This document shows positions 33,301 through 36,328 of a stretch of 36,328 bases of DNA, piece after piece. Source of the stretch: Candidatus Saccharimonadota bacterium (GTDB taxonomy: Bacteria; Patescibacteriota; Saccharimonadia; Saccharimonadales; SLHW01); the NCBI GenBank assembly GCA_007135955.1, contig SLHW01000025.1, positions 1-36,328 on the forward strand, read 5' to 3'. The number at the start of each line of letters is the position of its first letter. The stretch's first letter is position 1. Under the pieces are notes generated by a model. The model was given only the letters and a program-made list of their open reading frames with translations, searched no databases and was not told the origin of the DNA. Both the position numbers and the translations under genes were made by a program.

Positions 33301-34162
33301 CAGTTTCATTAGATCGCAGTTGCCAATCGACTGGCGCCTCATCATCCCACATAGCAAGCATATCGATCGGCACAACAGTATCTGTAACCGCCTGGGCAAG
33401 TATTGCTTCTACATGTGGTGGCTGAATATCGATAGTCTGTGTCTGTCCACTAAAGGTATGAATATGATCTGCTGCCGCTGCGGTAACTTGCGTGCCTCCA
33501 CCGCGAGAGCCAAGCGTTGCACCGTTCGGGCCGCCGATAGTGCCCGTAATGGCATGCTGACTGACATTACTGCCACCCGTTGCGCCGACTGTATCACTGG
33601 CGTATACATATCGCGAACCCTGATCACTATACTGTTCCCATCCACTTGGCAAAGCACTAGATTCAAAGATTGCTATTGCTCCCTCTGGAATGATAGCTGG
33701 CTCACCATTATCATTGTGACGAATCACGCGAAGCTGACGATACTCTGGCAAATTAGTCTCTTCCGACACATTAACAGTGAGGCTATGTGAGTGTCCGGCC
33801 GCAGCAACGGAGCCAGTATTCCAGTTCTCTGACACTGCTGGCTCGTTGGAGCTTGATATACTGGCACTAAATGTCGGCTGATGCGTCGCCGATCCGCCGC
33901 TGCCACCATATTGATCGCTGCCCCTAACGAACCTTTCATAAAACGGATCGGCTGGATTACACGAAACACAAGTCCAGCCAGCCGGTATAGTCGCGCCATC
34001 ATAAAAAAGCAACATGTGCCCGTCGCCAGGAGCAGCACCAAGGTTTGACCGAATCTGAAATATCGTAACGGCGAGAATGACGACCGAAAAGACAATAAAA
34101 AAAACTAGCCAAATATTTGACAAATACATATTGCGTATAGTTTTGTCTTTTAGTAAATTCAT
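30353..34162 (-). CDS. Giant surface protein with an N-terminal TM or signal anchor, 2 x (three phage-tail-collar-like modules plus a beta-sandwich), FN3/Ig-like domains and a C-terminal WxL-like domain
   Basis: 1269-aa uninterrupted ORF. Six modules have the pattern P(A/S)GW...ERF.(R/K)(G/A)S..YG..GGS..H.H...(D/T)H.H...(L/E/V)PPY, at aa 50-146, 155-255, 265-363, 555-650, 660-757 and 768-866. The C-terminus ends in AGDYQTTIIFSATALY. Confidence 0.8.
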   Translation of the reverse strand: MNLLKDKTIRNMYLSNIWLVFFIVFSVVILAVTIFQIRSNLGAAPGDGHMLLFYDGATIPAGWTCVSCNPADPFYERFVRGSDQYGGSGGSATHQPTFSASISSSNEPAVSENWNTGSVAAAGHSHSLTVNVSEETNLPEYRQLRVIRHNDNGEPAIIPEGAIAIFESSALPSGWEQYSDQGSRYVYASDTVGATGGSNVSQHAITGTIGGPNGATLGSRGGGTQVTAAAADHIHTFSGQTQTIDIQPPHVEAILAQAVTDTVVPIDMLAMWDDEAPVDWQLRSNETGPYYERFIKPSSSFGANGGSATHQHSNVSIITSTPTTTTGARAGSAGASGIHTHTIDVTNFSEQNHVPPYVDVIIAKKQEPSDLSQASYRWFRNRNSTDVGLALASQDTPATSIGLPFRLRLAIVVTVVNLGQSGESLKLQYAQRVGETCDPTFSNESYVDVLTNSGEIRYYNNSAPVNGDPLTPNLNDPTLASGSKINQSYVEANNYSNNQAAIDIGDYGLWDFALSDANAPADTSYCFRAVYADGSLFESYNEIPEITTSDSAGNMVVLFAGATVPAGWTCISCNPGEPFYERFARGSASYGTTGGSEAHSHTATGTVLPTIAEVGSDPGVGDLSSTDHGHGIVPILDEASNLPPYRQLRFIRSEASGTPSSLPAGAIAIFDNEVPDDWTRYSVQDNQYVRGQNNVGATGGSLTHSHSVIGTTTTATGSTVADGGGGPASAGAGNDHQHTLSGTSPAENHEPPYIEVLLGELDIASGPPAGIITMWDGPPPGSWDVVSESGEPFHERFIKASDTYGLTGGSTSHSHANHQVTTSGPTTTTGTRQNNGGAASATHTHPVDITNVSEESHLPPYRNVIFAKQPVPNTPPSQPTGLGQFRVALGSEISPGGFTNETQVHFRAEASDPDDEDELELCVEVQTNGEPFTNQELSCGDAGSYAGLPITVDVVISGLANTAEYRWQARIRDSAGEYSEWVVFGSGDPSDNDFIVDTVEPSGTVYDGDQIGIDITYSDDALDSLSANWDIDSGLSGLASYDYSIGLSPGGTTIADWVTVGTDTSVTASGLNLQTSEVYYFNIRTTDNAGNQSVISSSGQLVAPSISFSVSQSEVSFDSLSPSNDFTDTQDITVTTSTNARSGYVVRARTTSLLTSPVDAIPMFNGGSYLEPAAWIAAYVGFGYTSNDTNVQGENRFSGDPCPGGGEPPCFAPFTLDFPGDIVADNQGPIIGTPVVGESFIITGRVTAPEGQSAGDYQTTIIFSATALY
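31556..32503 (-). repeat. Intragenic super-repeat copy 2 (three collar-like modules, aa 554-869)
   Basis: Same evidence as copy 1. The module order and motif spacing are conserved between the two copies. Confidence 0.75.
33065..34018 (-). repeat. Intragenic super-repeat copy 1 (three collar-like modules, aa 49-366)
   Basis: It aligns with aa 554-869 at a constant offset of 505 codons. In the DNA, 33933-33998 matches 32418-32483 at 54 of 66 positions by hand alignment. Confidence 0.75.
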
Positions 34163-34480
34163 TTACTTATAGTTGTTTATTATCTCGCCTCGCACTCTTG
34201 CATAGTGCATATTTCGCCTGTGAATATGGTATCACAACATAAGCACTGCTAGTAGTGTTGTTTACGTTATTACTATTCACTAGTTATCAACGTAAGCGAC
34301 AGATGGATTGTTCAAAATAGCTTACAATGGAAATAGGTTCTACGAACTATCAGAAGACTAATAAAGTAAGTGGTCATACAAGTGCTGGGCAGCCCTACAG
34401 CACAGTAAATTGTCTCCCTGAAGCGCACCCGATCACGTAACTTGCGAGGCGAAAACCTTATTGAAATAATAATATTAGGG

Positions 34481-35116
34481 CTATAGTGAAATATTATCAG
34501 CTTGAGTCCAGTGACTTTTCACCTTTTTATCACTGGAATAAAATGACATGTATGTTCGCCAAATAGAAAAGCCGTCCAGTTTTGCTTCAGTTACTTCTAC
34601 CGAGCACACAGGGCCACTAAATGATTTTGAGATAGTGATATGATCTTTAGAATCACCACCTGCTTCAGGCTTAAGCAACCCTTGACATGTTCCACTGTAG
34701 TTTTGAGGAAGTGTCGCTGTCAAAATATAGTTAGCTCCATTTTTCTTGATGGTAACATTACTAATCTTGACTATTTCCGGACCAACGTATTGCTTGTCTT
34801 TGGGCTTTTCATTTGGGTCGACTAATTTCTGCTGTGGCTTTTGAGCAGGAGGCTTTTCGACTGGCTTTTCTTGTTCTTCTTTCTTTTCCTCTTCACCTTG
34901 CTTGCGCTCTTCTGGTAATACTGCGATTATTTCTTCGATATCTACTTCTGTTATCTCGCGTAGTTCAGATTCGTCAGCTGATGCAATCTCAATATTCGAT
35001 CGATTAGTCTGCACCCGATAGGCAACACCGGCGGTAAACGCCACAACGCCGACCAATATAATTACTGCAATAACTGGGAGGTGAATTATTCCGTTTTGAT
35101 CAGATTGTAATTTCAT
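34481..35116 (-). CDS. Hypothetical membrane-anchored protein with a K/E/P-rich linker and a Cys-containing C-terminal domain
   Basis: 211 aa with an N-terminal TM helix. The low-complexity linker is EERKQGEEEKKEEQEKPVEKPPAQKPQQK. The C-terminal domain has three Cys residues. Confidence 0.55.
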   Translation of the reverse strand: MKLQSDQNGIIHLPVIAVIILVGVVAFTAGVAYRVQTNRSNIEIASADESELREITEVDIEEIIAVLPEERKQGEEEKKEEQEKPVEKPPAQKPQQKLVDPNEKPKDKQYVGPEIVKISNVTIKKNGANYILTATLPQNYSGTCQGLLKPEAGGDSKDHITISKSFSGPVCSVEVTEAKLDGFSIWRTYMSFYSSDKKVKSHWTQADNISL

Positions 35117-35172
35117 AATGCTTTGTTTAATGTAATGTTAATGTTTTACATCGTACCACATTTTTAATTATT

Positions 35173-35895
35173 TTAGCCTTTGTAGTCTTTAATTAGCTGC
35201 ACAATCGCTTGATGGTCGTCTGTTATGGTGTATAAACTAAGATCTTCTGAGCTAATAGTCTGGTATGTTTTAGCTAATTCATTTTTTATGTAGTGATCGA
35301 GTGGCCTCCAGAAATCAGAGCCAACTAGGATAATTGGTATCGGCTTAATTCGCTTTGTCTGCTTTAGGGTCAAAATTTCGAAAAATTCATCGAGCGTCCC
35401 ATATCCACCAGGAAAATAAATATATGCCCGAGCAGCGAAAGACAAAGCTACTTTGCGACTAAAGAAATAATAGAAGTCAACCGAACGGTTGACGTATTCA
35501 TTTGTAACCTGTTCCTGCGGTAGTCGAATAGTCATACCTATTGAGGTGCCGTTTTCATCGGCAGCGCCACGATTAGCTGCTTCCATAATGCCTGGCCCAC
35601 CCCCTGTGATTATCGATGCACCAGTTTCACGAACTATCTTGTCTGCTAGATCACGAGCTTGCTTATAATATAAATCCTCTGGCTCGAGACGAGCTGAGCC
35701 AAAAAAGGTCACGGTATTGCTGTGATCCTTTAACAGCTTAAACGCCTGCTTAAACTCTTTGTTGATACGACGCATACGCTTACGAGTTGCACCATTGGAA
35801 ATATCGGCGACATGTATTTTCTCCTCTTTGCGGAGCTGATGAAAAGTAGAATTGTGTCGAAATAGTTTTTTTAGTGTTTGTTTTATTTGACTCAT
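35173..35895 (-). CDS. LOG-family (TIGR00730-type) Rossmann-fold nucleotide-binding protein
   Basis: Track ORF 35173..35934; I prefer the ATG at 35895 (MSQIKQ). Motifs are GGGPGIMEAANRGA and PGGYGTLDEFFE. Confidence 0.85.
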   Translation of the reverse strand: MSQIKQTLKKLFRHNSTFHQLRKEEKIHVADISNGATRKRMRRINKEFKQAFKLLKDHSNTVTFFGSARLEPEDLYYKQARDLADKIVRETGASIITGGGPGIMEAANRGAADENGTSIGMTIRLPQEQVTNEYVNRSVDFYYFFSRKVALSFAARAYIYFPGGYGTLDEFFEILTLKQTKRIKPIPIILVGSDFWRPLDHYIKNELAKTYQTISSEDLSLYTITDDHQAIVQLIKDYKG

Positions 35896-35984
35896 TATCA
35901 ACTTTAGCCTACCGCAGCAGCAGCAAAAATGCAACGCTAGCTAGTAGTAGCCGATTAGCGATAATTCCGATATAGTAAACGGGT

Positions 35985-36328
35985 ATGTCGCAACCCAATA
36001 ATGAAACAAACAATGATGCACCAACGAAGCCGTGGCCTAAACTCAAGTCATTCTTAAAAACCAAGCCATTGCTTAGTCTTCTGGCGGTTTTAGAGTGGCC
36101 ACGAACAACTGTTCGGAAGCTCTACGCTTGGGTTGTTGGGTGGTCGGAGAGCAAGCACGCTGAGCGTGCTCTTGGCAGTATTGCTGTAGCAGAAAGCTCT
36201 TTTTTCCCTATTCCGCCAGACCCGTTACTAATCGCCATGACGACTGTCCAGCCAAAAAAATACCTGCGTTTTGCTACCATCTGTACAGCTGGTAGCGTCA
36301 TTGGTGGACTCATCGGTTATGCTATTGG
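35985..36328 (+). CDS. YqaA/DedA-family membrane protein, 5' partial (runs off the window)
   Basis: Not in the ORF track because it has no stop. My own translation from the ATG at 35985 is MSQPNNETNN...ALGSIAVAESSFFPIPPDPLLIAMT...ATICTAGSVIGGLIGYAIG. The E-S-x-F-F-P-I-P-P-D motif is typical of YqaA. Confidence 0.7.
   Translation, partial: MSQPNNETNNDAPTKPWPKLKSFLKTKPLLSLLAVLEWPRTTVRKLYAWVVGWSESKHAERALGSIAVAESSFFPIPPDPLLIAMTTVQPKKYLRFATICTAGSVIGGLIGYAI

Noticed and set aside
31021-34095. Many 60-156 aa ORFs on both strands inside the giant gene (for example 31781..32206, 33320..33790 and 33724..34095).
   Set aside because: They lie wholly inside a 1269-codon ORF with clear domain structure. 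Their composition is that of shadow frames (Arg/Ser/Cys-rich, low complexity), and they have no RBS or promoter signals.
36122-36313. A 63-aa minus-strand ORF at the right edge.
   Set aside because: It is antisense to the partial YqaA/DedA gene, whose E-S-x-F-F-P-I-P-P-D motif is clear.
1-36328. A search for CRISPR arrays, transposase or integrase genes, and diversity-generating retroelement parts (reverse transcriptase, TR/VR pairs) near the surface genes.
   Set aside because: No regularly spaced direct repeats and no RT, integrase or transposase-like ORFs appear in any frame. The only long repeat is the intragenic duplication already reported.

Overview
This is a gene-dense 36.3-kb bacterial chromosomal window with about 45 supportable CDSs. 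I found no rRNA, intact tRNA, CRISPR array or transposase. The gene content includes SipW/TasA-type export, a lamin-tail domain, VKOR-based disulfide chemistry and Gram-positive-style surface loci. There are also many 1-4 nt overlapping mini-operons and several apparently leaderless genes. Together these suggest a reduced-genome monoderm such as a Saccharibacteria/Patescibacteria-like organism; this is inference only. Layout: (i) 312-2819 holds three different type II toxin-antitoxin modules in a row (MazEF, BrnTA-like, RelE/Phd), interleaved with three tRNA 3'-end remnants. (ii) 2.9-12.4 kb is a thiol/redox block: Rnk, a Fur-family regulator, an exported rhodanese, a Grx-like/TrxR pair, a CaCA exchanger, a TasA-like gene plus a SipW-LTD fusion, a Crp/Fnr regulator, a VKOR-partner-type Trx, a Trx-CcdA fusion and DoxX. 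(iii) 12.5-20.3 kb holds ion transporters and channels (CPA2, AI-2E, CDF, TVP38, Kv-type K+ channel) plus Pcm. (iv) 20.3-25.7 kb is housekeeping (PurA, TrmH, VKOR and others). (v) 25.7-34.2 kb is a five-gene surface operon and the best candidate for an undescribed system. It follows WxL-locus logic (large plus small secreted proteins sharing a C-terminal domain, and two membrane-anchored DUF916-like paralogues) but lacks canonical WxL motifs. Its 1269-aa protein carries six phage-tail-collar-like, HxH-rich modules arranged 3+3. (vi) The right end has a LOG-family gene and a partial YqaA/DedA gene. All family assignments rest on motifs read by eye and need profile searches.
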